This document shows positions 13,701-28,700 of a DNA stretch of 64,000 nucleotides, in pieces. A program made the position numbers and the translations under genes. The stretch spans positions 56,978,001 through 57,042,000 of the forward strand of contig OZ260664.1 in assembly GCA_965285935.1 (NCBI GenBank), given 5' to 3'. The notes under the pieces are model-generated. The model ran no database searches. It was not told the origin of the DNA and saw only the letters and a program-made list of their open reading frames with translations. How positions within the stretch are numbered: position 1 is the first letter of the stretch; every line of letters begins with the position of its first letter. Source of the stretch: Ophelia neglecta. Lineage: Eukaryota.

Positions 13701-16700
13701 CAGATAGTATACATCCCAATAAACAAAAACTGTCTCCAAGGATTTTCCACAAGGGGTGGAAATGACATAATTCACAATTAAGTTATCATTCATATATGTA
13801 CATGTACATATTTTCAGCTAAGTGTACATACAATGATTTAAGATGTCTGGATATGCCTGAGGAGAATCACATCTTGCCATGTCTTCATAATTATATCATG
13901 CTTTATCCCCGTTTAATATGAGCTACTAGCTAGAATAACTGTCTAATGAAGATGTTCGAGGATTTCAAGTTGTCTTGGTTTGCCTGGTGCAAAAGAATTC
14001 TTAAAAAAAGGTTTTGCATGAATATTACTAATCACTTTATTGGACTGTCTATAATGATATAACTGTGGATATAGCCTTGGAATTTGCACTCTGCACTTTG
14101 AATTAAGGAGGGTTATGCTAGGTTTTTTTGTCTGAGTACTCAATCAATTTAATGATGAAAATCACATCAAAACTCATCTGAAGAAGTGTTAAATTCCCTA
14201 CTGGTCACCCCTACTATCCTGAACTGAGACTTGGGATGTTTCAATATCTCTTAGGATATTAGACTTGGGTAGAAAATTACAATGGACAACAAGTCTGTCT
14301 CTTGGAAATTGTCCAAAGCTCTCGTTCCATGGGTTATGGCCTATCCACAGAGATTTGCAGGCACGCTTCATTAAGCACTGATTCCCAAACTGGCATAGCC
14401 CTCATTCCAGATTCAGTTTTGGTAATAGCTTGAACCTAGTCGATCCCATAAAACTTATCCTCATTCACAACTCTCTGTTATTAAATTGTACTGATATATT
14501 TATAAGAAAGCATATAAAGAAGAGATTTAGCAAGGTTGATAATGGATATTAACAATAACACTACCTTGCCCTTACTTCAGGGACTTCTAGGACCGGGCAT
14601 CCATTGGTGGTTATCTAAATGCCAAGCCTTTCCAATCTCTGAATGAAATCAAATCCAAGTAGGAATCCCAGTAGGAATGCAATCAGCCTCTGATCAGCTC
14701 TTAGGAGGACAACTGGATCAATTTTAATGTAGCATTTATGATGGCACCCTAAATTCGTTCTGGGTTGTCATAGTGACTGATTTAAGGGACCGGACACTTC
14801 CTAGCTCCCATTTGTAAAGGTTGCAGGGATGACTGCTGATAATGTCAACTTTTGTTCGTCTAAACAACTGATTGACATAAGCAAATGAGATTTGCCAGCA
14901 CACAAGCTACGTTTACAGGCCGTCTAAGTATTACCTCAACAGCTGTAATTTCTTGGGTGAAATAACTTAGTCAATTTGACAATAGCACATTTAAAATTAT
15001 CATCTACAAATATACAACAAGGCAACTCTGAAACATAAAGCAACATGTACATGTCCAAGCACACCAGTAGTCATTCCAGCCAACTGCAACTTGGGCACAT
15101 TTCAAAGAATAAATCAAATACCTTTAATCAGATCAAGATGTTCGCAGACTTGCTGCTCAGCTTTCAAAGAGGCTATGGCCAAGTTCCAAGGCAGTAGCAG
15201 ATTCCTTGCATATAGGCCTAGCTTTCTACATTTTTATAAGAGGTCAATACAGTTAACTCACGGAAAAAAGACTGGTATGGGGCATTACATTTAGGATAAA
15301 ACTTAATGGAAATAAATGTCCCATAAATGTCACTGGACACCTTTGAGTTAACAATTATTAACAGAAGTGGAAGTAATCTACCTTGTTTGAAGTGTTATGA
15401 AATTAAGAAATTGTGGCTAAAGGGATTAGGAACAAACTAATCTACCCTTGTCTATGTTGGTTGATAGGCAACAGATTTTTTTTAAATAACACTGAGTTTG
15501 CAGCTGTTTCCGAGCATTCACAGTTTCTTGTTTATTTTTTTTGATTAATATTTCTGTTTTGCATGGTCTCAGCCCATAAAGAAATAAATTTGTTACTTTG
15601 AATTTCTGATTATTAATTTACCTATATCCTCAGACGTTCCATAAGCAGCAACGAAAAATGTAATTTTATGTATGGACTACTGCCTGTTCAAAAACAAATT
15701 TGATTGATCAATGCGGCAAAGTACAAAAAACATGCTATGATGCTTAACCATTTTCATTTCAAAATGACAAAAAATGAAATTTAGTCTACAAACTAAAAAA
15801 ATTTTAAAGTTGGTCCATGTTTAGAAGAGTTATTTCCAAATGCACATTACTCTTATGAGCTATGGTCCCATCCACATTTTAGTCCTTGACACATCTGGTC
15901 TAAAAATTATATGAGGAATGTCAGATGACTGTATGGATAAAAAAATATCTTACATGTCCTGATCATTAAAGCAATCATAAGCCAAGGTCATAATGGAAAA
16001 CTAGCAGGTTTAGGCAGACGATGCAGGGCTTAGGTGATTTTGTTTCACGAATATAGAAACAATATTTTAGGGCTTATGAAAAAGGAAAGGTTTTGATAAT
16101 GAACAGAGCAATTTTTCACATGATAACAAAAATGCCTTTGTTCAAAGTCATAAAATGACAAAATTCACATTTTGTAGAAAGCAGATTTTCATAATTGTAT
16201 TTGGCTTTTAAACCATTCTAAGTGGACATTTATGCAACCATATCTGCCAGGAAATATGTATCAAGCTTGTCTATGTGAAATCCTTTAAAATTTAATAAAT
16301 TCTAATGTGGTGAAACTCCTCAAATATTATGACATTATTTACCAAAAATATCTCTTTCCAATTATAACATTAAATCTTGGTCACTGTTTCACACCGATAG
16401 CCATAATTACCAACTTTGACAATTGTTTAGCCATTTCTTTCAGGAAAAGCAAACAATGTAGGAAATCCTTTTAACAACATAGAAAAATAACTTCTGACAG
16501 GAATCAACTTGCACTTGACCCCTGTAGGAGGCACAACAATCAACCATTCAAATTGTATATATACAAACGCTTACGACCAACGTTCCAAATATTCATTCCG
16601 AGATTCAGAGCATCACTGTTCGGCGATGTGGTTTTTGTATGAGGTGGCAAAGCCATGGTGTGAATGACAGCTGAGTAAAAGCACCTTTAGGTACCAGGTA

Positions 16701-19700
16701 ACCAATGAATGGGATTATGTGGTTCGACTTACAGAGGCATTTTGACCATAAAAGTATTGTTCCAGCATAAGGACAGTCTTAAAAAGACATGGTTGTAAGG
16801 ATAATGTTACCTAGCTATGCCATAGATTTTGGAAATTGCTAGTGCAGACAATCAATGTGTAACTGGATGATTGAGAAGTAGACACACAGCTGCAGTGAAG
16901 GAGTTTTACTTCACATTGTGTGGTTCTTCTACCTAGAGAGGAGGAAAGCACATGACAAGGATACCAAGATCATTTGGACCAATCACAGGGCAGCAAATAC
17001 ATAGCAAAGTAAGATCCAGTTAAGAAACCTTTGCTGATGACCGGTTTCGCTGTCAATAGCCTCACTAAATTATAATATTAAAGGTTTGTTAAAATTACAA
17101 TTGAAAGTCAAAGATAACATATTGTTGTTTTTTTCTTGTCCATAAAATGTCAATGAACAGGTTGTATTGTTTTCTCCCTCTGGTTAGAGTTGCAGCTTGT
17201 AGATAAACTTCGATGTTTTCCTTGCCATATTATTACTTTATTCAGTGAAAGCTGTCAGTCCCCCAAAAAACAGTTCAAATCCCCCACATCCCTTGTACAT
17301 GCCACTTATAATTATGATAATTCTATATGGATGTCTAGATAGAATTTGACATCAACCAGTGTCAACGTTGGATCCATCATGCCTTAACTAATATGCAGCA
17401 TGAAATTGTAATTTTATTTTTTTAGTCTTCAAAATGCAAAACAAACTATCCATTTTTTTCACAGTCAATTTTTCAGGTAAAATGCTTCCTTGATATTCAG
17501 ATTGCAATAACTGGTGTCATTAAAACCTATTTTACACTTCAATGGTAAGGCAAACTTCTTTTTGTAACCTGAGATTTCATTTTGAATCAGATCATCAAGC
17601 AAAAATGTAGTCTAACATTGTCAAAAAAAGGATTGCCCTAGGGAGCTCCAAGGTGATTACTGTGCACTCCAGTTTGCAATTTGAAGAACAAGTTGTCTGA
17701 GAAATCATGGTACCCTAAGTTTACAGCATGATGGATCATATATGCCTCCATCATGTTTATGAATAACTGTGTTGGCCATTTTTATTTATAGTATAATGTG
17801 CAACATTAATGTCAGGTAACAGGCGATATATTGCTTAACATGTTATTTTCTAACAAACATGACTGGACAGCCATGGTCTCCAATTTCTTTTTCTGATCAT
17901 ATCCAAATGCAATACAAGGCAAAATACCATGCAATCTAATGTAGTTCATAGCATTCCAATTTCATAAGAAGATGATATCATAAATCGCTATTCTTAAATC
18001 ATCCCACATTTTTTTGGCGGAAAAGGGTGGTGTCAGCCATTACATTTTTTCGGGTTTTGTCCAAAATCTTATCAGTTTATTCTACTCCTTCTGCTGGTTT
18101 AAACTTGATCACACTAATGAAGTCTTTGGGACTGACATCTGGATAGCAGGAACCCATTCGACCTGGAAACATAATTCCTCTTATACCTTGCAAGGGAGGC
18201 TTAAATATAAGCAGTCTGAACTTCTTAGCTATAAGAAGAATTGGTAGTGGTCATTATATTCGATATGCCCTCTGCCACAACTAAAACAGAAAAAGTAAAT
18301 TTTTCATTAACAAGAAACCTCTTAAGAAAAGTCTATGCTCAGGATTGCAGTGTATTTGGACAAATTTCTAATCTATAAACCAAAGGGAAGTAGTACAGAA
18401 TATACCACAATATTGGCATCCAGCCAGAAGCACATGAATGCAATGTTTGCAGGGACAGAGGTCAAGTCTATTCTCCAGAGGTGAAACCTCAAGACTGTCC
18501 AAAAATAGAAGAGTCCAAATGCCAATTGCAGGGATGTACACTGATTTTAACAAGTGAGATTAGGATGGATGTGTCACTCTCCTAACCTTTCTGAAAAGGT
18601 TTTGATCAAAATCAAGTTCACAGATACATACCTTGTTTATGACTTTCTACAAGCTAGCAGCCACAGGCTTGCTGTGACTGATTTGCATCATAATGCCACA
18701 TTAATAGTATTGAAATTACAGTAACATGTGCATGACTGTAAATTAAGTTGAAAAACAAACTGTGGTAAAATTGAAAATCAAGTTTACCAGTAAATTCTAT
18801 GCATATACAGGACTTCTTAATTGTAGCCTAATATTTTTATCTTAAAACAAAGCATTAAATATTCAGTTTTTACTATATGATCAAAGTGGTCAAAATACAA
18901 CTCATGCTTACCATTAGAAATATTCTAATACATAGCAAATATTTTTGGCTAGTCAGAGGCTTGGCCTTTTTTCATGCTCTTGTAGAGAGAAGATATCTAC
19001 AGTAACTATTCCCAAATATCTGAAATTTCATTGGCACTGTGAGTTGAAAATTTACCACAACATTACAGCAGGTTACAATGATTTTGTCATGTAGGATGGA
19101 AGTATGGATACCTACTTCTCTAGTAAGGAAAGGCTGAGTCCGGGTGCTCTGAGCTAGCCAGCCATGCTAAGTGATTCTGATTGGCCAGTAAAGCAATTGA
19201 AATTTATGCCTAAGGTCCACAGTAAGAAAATTGCAATGTCTAATGAAATATATATTAGGTTGCTGAAGGGGATTTTGCTCCCAAATTTTAATTGTACCCT
19301 CATGATTTCATGATTCAGGGAATATTCAGTTGATAATAGGCTTTGGGGAGCCGTCTGTATAGTAATTTTATCCCAAATCTCCAGGGAGGCACAAAGAACC
19401 TTACATTGTTAGCCCAAACGAAAAACAGACTGATCAGCTTGATCAAATAGCTTTGCAGTGGTATTAAGAAGAGCATGTTAATTATAGGAATAGGCCTCGT
19501 CCTTGATATCCTATATAATCCATGTTATTTCTGATCAATATACTAGCACACAACAGGAATGAGTGCAAATAAATATATGTACTTACTTGATAGAAAGTAA
19601 CGTTAATGAAAAAAAAAAAATAGAAAATAAAACAATTTATTTTGCTTTGATCTTTGATATATTCCAATGCTAGAGAATGGACCTCAACCAACTTCCCATG

Positions 19701-22700
19701 GATAATGCATTTTTTCATGTACTTTTCACTGGTCACAAACCTTATCTATATGTACTGCACCCAATCTGTCCATAAATATTATGATCAAATCACTGAAATT
19801 CACCACAACATTATAGCCTGTTGCATATATAGTACAATTATATTTTAGCCTTTTTTTCCTTACCAGAAATATATAAGTAAACACACTCTGATTAAAGGGA
19901 AGATATAGAGATGGATAATGTGTTTGAATAAGACCATTCACCTTAAATGACATTAGGATACACAGGAGGTAATAACGTAAGCAAAAAAAAGCTTTTTGTA
20001 GTAAACTATGAAATAAATAACAAGAACATAACAATAATAAATTATTGATGTTGAAAATGAATTATGATGAAACATTCCCCATGGCTATGTGCCTATTACT
20101 AAAACCATAACGCACCAAAATGGAACATTTATATGATGAACATTGCTCATTCCCAGGACACAACTGATGAAGGTTGGCTAGCCGCCCAAAGCGGGCATTT
20201 GTAAGGATGAACATACCACTCCCAAGTACCATATATTGGCCTCAATGTAACTGTGAGGCATAAAACTGCTTAATGATAGAGCCCTATATTCTCTTAATGT
20301 GAACCTTGAAGAGCACCTATTAACATTCATGAGAAATATACTACAGTGGAACCCCTTATCAATGTCCACCCAAAAATGGCCAAAACAGCCATTTTGGCAC
20401 AACAGTTTGCAATACTTGCCATTAAGGTACACATCAATGGAGTCGGCATCTTACAAAAAGTGGACCAAGTGTGCATTTTGAGAAGAAATCTTGAATTTCA
20501 CCCCAAATGTTGGGGGCATGGGTGTTTCTAGCATTAAAAATCCCACAAGGGAAGAGCCCAGTTGTATTCATTTAAGCTATGATGTCATTTATTTATATGC
20601 TGATTATATTTTGTTATTTTCAACAAAGCTTTAATTATTCGTTCAAAAGTCACATCTTTCTTTAACTCTCCAATCTTAATCCACAACAACATGACAGTAT
20701 TCTTTAACCAAGGATGTAACCATTTAATTGTCTCTTGGTCAGCCTTGTGTAACATACCAAGCTTGGAAACTGCACTGACCCTGTGCTAGGTTTCCATGGT
20801 AATACATGCTCTGGGAAGCAAGTGAGGCACAAGAGAATGTCACGTAGAGCAGGGCAAAGTTTACTCCCAACAGTACTGATTGGCAACTACAGATCTGCCT
20901 CAAACAGTACTCAATAAAGACAACTGTGTACAAATACAAGGAGTTCCATCCCTTATTGTTTTTTTTGCCCTCCTTTACAATCTTTACATTTTAGGTACTT
21001 ACACCTGTATGTAGATGGTCAATGAAGAAGCAGTGAGACAGCCTTGGAAGCAATTTGCATGTTTGTGTGCACATAACCATATCAGGTTTAATTATGCCCT
21101 GAATTGAGATTGTTTTATTACTACACCTAAAAGTGGATCTTTGTAACGATTCATCAACACAACCCTGCTTTTAATACGAGGACTAACCAGATATACATGT
21201 ATCATACACACTTTGCTAGCTCCAAAACTTTTAACTTGCCAAAGCCTATAAGTGCATCATCAGTCACCTTATATATATACTGAGATCGAGAAGAGGGATT
21301 TGTCCTCTTCTGGTTGGTAGAAATGACATGTCACGCTCCCCTATCAAATAGGAGATATTATTCATTATTTTTGCCAATCACATTTTTAGATTCATGAAAG
21401 TCGTGACAATCGATGATTAATTGAAGTAACTCCCGAGAAGAGTCTTACACAAAATACATCCAAAGTAAGTCTTGAGGGGAAGATCAATATTCATCCAGTT
21501 TTGATGTGACAGTTTTCCACATGGGATAACAAACATAATCTTTTGCCTCCTCAACCAATTCCACAGCAGGAAGATGGGGAGAGTGTTCTTGTCACCCCTT
21601 AGGGCTTTGCAACACTTCTGACACCAATCTTTCATTTCAGGCATGAACTACACAGAATAATAGTTTAATCTAATTGAGATATTTTACATTATACAACAGA
21701 AGATTGTTGGTCTATAAGAATGGTAGCCTCTCTACTATGATTATGATAACCATTCCACTACATGTAGTATGAAAACCACTCCACTAGTATGATAACCACT
21801 CTTTCAGTGCTACCTATGTAGATTTTTCTGTTTCAAATAGGTCATATCTATTAAATTCTTGTATCATCTTAATAAATAAAGACAGCACATTGAAATTTTA
21901 CAACCGGGTGATATTTCTAATTTTATCTGCCCCTCTTTTTTTTCAATGTGAAAAAAAGCTTTTATTGCATTTGCCTCTACGCCAAATATTAATTATTTTG
22001 CTTTATTAATTAAACCCCTCACTGCACCATTGGTAACTTGCTGTGACAGTATATAAGAGTGTCAGTAGTGAGTGTGGTTGACACAAAGCACTTTCAAACT
22101 CAAATGCAGCACCATAAAATCTACCGTACACCGTTATTAAAGGTTGATTTCAGTTCCCCAATAACCTCTAGCATGCTGTGGACTCTTTGTTATCTACAAT
22201 GCTGAGAGTGTTAAATAAATGAACAAAATAATGGTATTATGAAGCCGGGGTCTTAGGAACTTATATATGACTGACCTATATTATCCTAGAGGCCAGTCAG
22301 TGGTAGACAAAAATATAAAGCCAGGCTAAGCAGTGTTCTTCAGTCAGAGATTAGTCTCCCTGAATGTCAGGCTGTCTAGGTCCAGGATTGCATGTCTTGT
22401 TTGCATGACAACAAATACGCTGAGACCTTTAATCAACAACAACCTCTGGCTTATCTCCGCCCATTATTCTCTGAATGGGCTCACTTGCCAACAGATACCT
22501 GAGGGGTTTCTCCGCACAACAAGGTCACATTTGCCATCTGCTTGTAAGGATTCAATCCCTTCACCACCATGTTCCCCAAGTAATAGTGGCAACTTAGAAA
22601 TCAATTTAATGCATCAAATTCAATATAACAAGATTTGTTTTGTTGTTGCATCCCAAATTGGTTAACAGCAGCTTTCATCACATGATAAACGCTTGGAAAT

Positions 22701-25700
22701 AGAACAAAATTCACCATTATGCTGTAAACTAGTTTTTTTGGTCATATATATAAATGACCAACTATGCAGTGTTGGCCTCACCAACTATTCTTCTGATGCA
22801 AACAAAGATATTTGTACAATATGCTTGGTATAATATATATATATTGTTTTCCACAATGGGTGAAAAGTTTCAGTCACAATAATTTAAAGCCATTTACAAA
22901 AGCACCCACATCTTATGGTGTAGCCTTTTACTTGATAGTTGTTGGTATCAATATAAATTCCTTTTTATCCCATTCCCAAAGTATGGGAGCAGGTGTACAG
23001 TGGCTTACAGTGCAATCACCTACAGAAAGCAAAAATGTATGCTGAGCAATTACCCAGCAATAACCCAGTCATGTGACTGAAAATACCCATACACCTAATT
23101 GTTTTCAATCATAAACCAGTTCCTTTCCATAATTGCCTATGTAGTGAACGCCCCTATACTGTAAAGAAAAGTTACAGGAAATCAGTACCTGTGAAAGACT
23201 TAAAGAAGGAGAAGGTACTGCAGAGTGTGTATGGCAGGACAGTATGGCAATAACATTGCAAGCCGTGGAATATTACCCTGTTGCTATTGTTATTTTGTTT
23301 GAAAGATCTGCCTTGTGTGAATTTAAAAATATATAGTTTACTGTCTTTACCAAAAATGTATATTTTTCGCTTTCATTTTCAAGAGTGCCTCCCCCAAGAA
23401 CAGAGTATCAAGGTTAGCACTGATAGAGACAGACTTACCTATTTGGTGCAATAATAATAGCAAAAATCCAATATTGCTTACCAAGCTAACTATGTAGCAA
23501 GGATCACCATCCTCCCTCCAGCTCCCTTGTGTAAAGTTAACAAATAATAGTAACAGGACATGCCACTTATCTTGTACCCATGATCCCTTAATAGGTATTA
23601 AAGATAAAAAATCAGGTCCGGTCTTATGACCTTAAGCCACCAGAAGGCATTTAAATTTACAAAATAACAATGTGTCTGGTCTTAGGACGGCACTTACATA
23701 ATATGTTTTGATACAAGCTATAACCCACATCATGAGTACCTTGCCTTGCTCTTACCCATCCCTTTGCCTAGGGTGGGTAAGCTGCTTGGGTGCTACGAGC
23801 ATGATGAGTGGAGCAGCTGTAGATATATCATGGCCCAGGAAAGCAAGGGGCATACTACCAGACATGCAGCAGCATGTTAAATAATATCATCAAAAGCCTC
23901 TATGTTAGTGATGTTGAGACAGTCTCTTTTTTTTTGCAGTAATAGGACAATGATATAGTAAATAACTCCTTTTTTAAAGAGTATTACCCGGTAGTTGAGG
24001 CTAAATAATCTAAAATTAATAAATAATCAAAATCCACAAAAAAAACCCTGCCTGTAATATAATGGCTCAAAGAGTGAATATCAAAGTGGAAACAGCTGAG
24101 GATCTTCCTCCAGGCGCAAAATTTCGAATGCATTTTTATCAATCTTATTCAAGGCAACAATGTTGTACTTCAAAATAGCTTCCAATTTTCTAATTAACAA
24201 GGCATTTACAAATGCAAGCCCCCTCCAATTGAAGGAGATAGAAAACATGTTTGTACAACAGTCCACTCCTGTCAAAGAATAAATAGTAAGAGTGTTGTTT
24301 AAAATTAAACAATTAGTTTAATATTTAAAGGGTCACCATACCTATAGAAGATAGGTTTTTTTCTGAAAACTTGGTTTCAAACAACAACACAAGCCAATTA
24401 CATTTCTCATATAATAAAGATATTCTAATTTCCACCAACAGTTACTCAGTTCATGTCAAGCCTATACCACTTACTCCTGTTCATTTCAGCCCTGTTGCTC
24501 CTATACTCTTTGCACAATCTTGTTAATGAGCTTCTGTCACCATATTGCTGTAGATGAAGTAGTATAGGCAGTAGGATGACATCACCTATCTCAAACAAAT
24601 TTCCTAGATCTGCACCATAATGTCTGGAATATATGTACTGGGGCCCTAACGGTTGCTGAGCTTCGGTGAAAACAAAAGATTGAACAGGCAATGTGGCTGA
24701 GGATTGATCCTAATCCATACCCCCCCCCCCCTTTTTTTCAAAGAAGGGCGGGGGGCAATAATCATTTGCTGTTAGCACCATGATCTAATCTCATTTATTT
24801 TTATTGTTTTACTAGGATCTGTCTTGAGTACACAATTCTACGTGCATCACATCTCCTTAGAGTCTGTTTGAAGATTCAGTGATGCATATACTGAAGTAAA
24901 ACTACATGTACATGTATCTGATTATGCATGCTTTTCAGTTCTGATAGGTGCAGCTAATTCAGGCAACTTATAAATATTGCAACAAAGAAAGGCTCAACCC
25001 GTAGAATCTCCACCTGCTATAATAGATGTGTGAGTAATGAGAGACTGTGTAGAACAGGAAAGCTGCTTGTCAATTAAACCTCTTATGTCTGAGTTGACCA
25101 TTGAACTTCCAATAGTGGCTGTGTTTCTGCTGAGTCTGCTGTTAATAGGCTCTCTCTCACTGTCAGGGAAGGGGCAGGGTGGGAATCAGGGGCCACACTA
25201 ATGCAGTGTAACCCCCTCACCTTCTGTTCCTAAAAGATGGCTGTCTGGCAGATAGGTCAGGTACAAAACTGTAAGAGCAGGAGCACCATCAAGGTGAAGT
25301 AATTACATGATGGTAGTCAGAGCACGCACTTTACACTCAGGCACAATTGTCCCAAACAGCTCCATAATTGATAGAGTGGAACTTTTTTGGCATTGTGACC
25401 TTTTAAGTCCAATTTCATGCAATATTGCCTTAAGAAGTCTTCCATGACATGCTCGATAACTACCCAGTGTGAGGATAAATGGCATATAATTGTAAACCAC
25501 CTGGCATCTGTGCCTGGCTGTGAGCCTCCCGCAGAAGGGTGTAGAGAATCCATCTCCATGGGGTTTGAAGGTTTAAGAGCCCTGAAACCCAGAAACACAA
25601 ACCAATAACCAGATTGAAATGTATCTTATCAATGACCATGCTATTTCATATTTCATTTTGTTTATCTGTCTGCTAGGCTGCTTACTAGAATAGTGACTGG

Positions 25701-28700
25701 AACCTTACAATGCACCCCAAAGTACTTTATAGCATAAAGATATCAAAATGGCAGTTTTGATAGAGTTAATAAAAACCAATTCATCTAGTGTTCAACCACT
25801 ACAACAAATGAGTGTCAAATGAGAAATATCCATTAATTATTTACAAACATCCGGACAAAATAAGTCTACTGGTTCAAAAATGATGAAGATTGAAGTGGGC
25901 ATAGTATAGCTTTGGGCAGAAACGATTTGTGCTGGGGTGGACCTACACATGTTCTTCATTTATGATATTATATGAACAGAAACTCTTCAAGGCAAAAAGA
26001 GAATTATGCATGGCTTGATATGAGCTGGTTGGATTCCATAGTAAGTATTGATTATCCATAAATGTTAAATTTGGTTACCCACCTCATTCACTCAATCTTT
26101 TCAAGCATGCAACAGTGTTCCACGGGGCACAATCAAATATTAGGAATCATGACAGAACAGAATATTGATACCAATAAGAATAAGTTATTGTGTTGTTTTT
26201 TCATTTCTGCTTGTACAAACTTTTAAGGAAATTATTATCAAGCTTCTGTGGCATTTCTTATCGTTTTGAAATTGGACACTTAGAAACTGCATGAGTTATG
26301 ATTAATTCTTAACCTTCAATTGTTGTAAAAAAAAGGCAGACATATAACTTCAAATAGACTTTAAAGTAATTATTGTCAGTAATGTTTTTTTTAATGACAT
26401 ATATGACCTAAAAGATGTCTAGTTCTCCCTTATACATTTATAACAAACTTAATGCTTGAACATTATCCAGCACTTTCTGTTAAAGAGTTCAATTGAGCAT
26501 CCCTAAAAATCTGGCCAAGTTAAACTGGAAGATTCCTTCAAAAATCCATCTAAAGCCTTCAGTTTTATGACAACTTTTTATAAAATATTCATTCAAAACA
26601 CAAGGGTGTTTACTACAAAAATTCCTTGATTGACAAGCAGAAACAAAACTTTGGGAGGTATTCAATGGGAACATTTCAACTCCAATAAAACTTAACATTG
26701 ATTAATGCCCTTTGCCAGTATGATTCTAAAGTTCCCGTTAATCCAGACATCCAGCCTGACAGCTCTATTTCAAGTAGATCTGAGAAGCTGCTGTACAGTA
26801 GAAGAAACTTATTTAATAGATTTTCCATTCAAATCAATGTCAGAGAGAGTCGGGTCACATTGAGAGGGACCTCACCTCAGAAAATGGTATTCTCATGGAA
26901 ACATGGAATGAAACATGACATATGAATATGATATCACTGCCTAAACACCATATATTGAAGAAAGCAACAGAGCGGTTCATGCCTTGAAATAGATTTTCCG
27001 TCAATGCGGTTCAGAAATTCACTTACTCATACACACATGTACAATGTACATGAAATGTCTGTTATAATAGTCTGAATTTTGGCAAGCAGTTTGAGAAAGG
27101 AAGAGTATCATCCCGGGGTGGGGGATACACCCAATGAACTGCCAAACGGGTATGCTCTGTGGTTGAGACCTCCCTTTTTGAAGCTAGGCCCACTCATCTT
27201 GACCCTTGTTTTCTAGGTCACCACTCTTTTTGATCATTGTTTTGGAGCAAAATCTCTCTTTTTAACCTTTTTTTCTAAAACAGTTGCTTTTGGCCCTTTT
27301 CTCACCAAATTGCTCTCTTTGACCCATATTTCCAGTTCTTTTTATGTCAAATTTTTTAACAGATTCTGCTCTTTTTGGGTCCCATATCTGGCCATATCCT
27401 GGAGTAGTAACCCCCTCCCCCCCCCCCCTCAAGGGATATCATGTCAACAGATAAGTCAAGTATCACTGTAACTTACAATGCAGGAGTAAAACAGGAAGTC
27501 ACAGACCTAAACTGAAGTACATATATTTTAATATCACCATACCACATTACACCTTGCCACTCATTGGCTATGGTGATTGATACACTTCCAAGTAAATATT
27601 GCAATGCCTTCCTACATTGCAGGTGGCCCTTCATCAGAGGGACACAGCCACCTGGCAAATTCTATGTATTAATCATTGATTCTAAATTAAATTATCTATA
27701 ACGCTATACTTATTTTAATCATATTTTAAAAATGATTTTTGGTATTTAACTGTTCAAAAAATACAATCAAGTACATTATAAGATAGAATAAACTCTTTAA
27801 TTGACAAACATATCTGGGTAAATCTGCATGATGTGATATGCTGTGAAGTCACTATTCACACGCGAGTAGACCTACACTAAACCTGTAGAGTGTCTGGCAC
27901 AGGGTGTAAATTGGATGAACAAATCTTTGAGCAGTAAAGACTAAACCTTGAAAATGGTCACTTTATAAAATTTTACCATAAGCCATACTGTTATTTAGAG
28001 CAGTCACTTGTCTATATATATATCTACACCGTTGATCAAATTTAATCCACAAAATATTGTCAAAAAAAAACATGAAAAGGCTGCCCATAACAGAGAATAA
28101 AGTGCATGAAATGAATGTCCCCAAATTAGTTCAGCAGATGGCTGACCATTCCTGGCAGTTTTAATGGAAAGACAATCGGTACATTGATATTATGGCCGCC
28201 CATTGCAGAAGAGTGCCTATTCGAGGACCACACATGGCAGGGACTTCTGTACTATGAAGAGTAGTTAAAATAATGCGTTTATGAATGCATGTCTCCATCA
28301 TTGAAAGTGCAAGGAACTACAAAGCTCTACAGCATACAGAATATCTTCAAACTAAGTATTTCAGGTTTGCATTTTGAGGTCAAATTAAATATCATTAGCA
28401 TAGGGTCAGCTTATTTTTCTTATTTAATCTCAATTTACCATATATGCATTAATCACATCAGGCATAAACACTTTAGGGATATGATGACCATGACAGGTAG
28501 GTAAAGGTCAGATTTCTTGGGGTCACCACCAGATCTGCATGAAGGATTTTAGACTTACCCACAGGAGGTAATGGACACAATAGGTCTATTTACACTGGTG
28601 TTAATTCTAAGCCCTCTCTGTTCAAAATGTGATTTGCAATGGGAGCTTTTAAGGCAGTTGAGGCCTAAGGCAGGAAAGAAATATTATTTTACTATTGATT

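Noticed and set aside
20342-20360. ta-cagtggaacccc, resembling a pogo/Tc1 terminal repeat
   Set aside because: I found no matching inverted end nearby, and it is too short to call.
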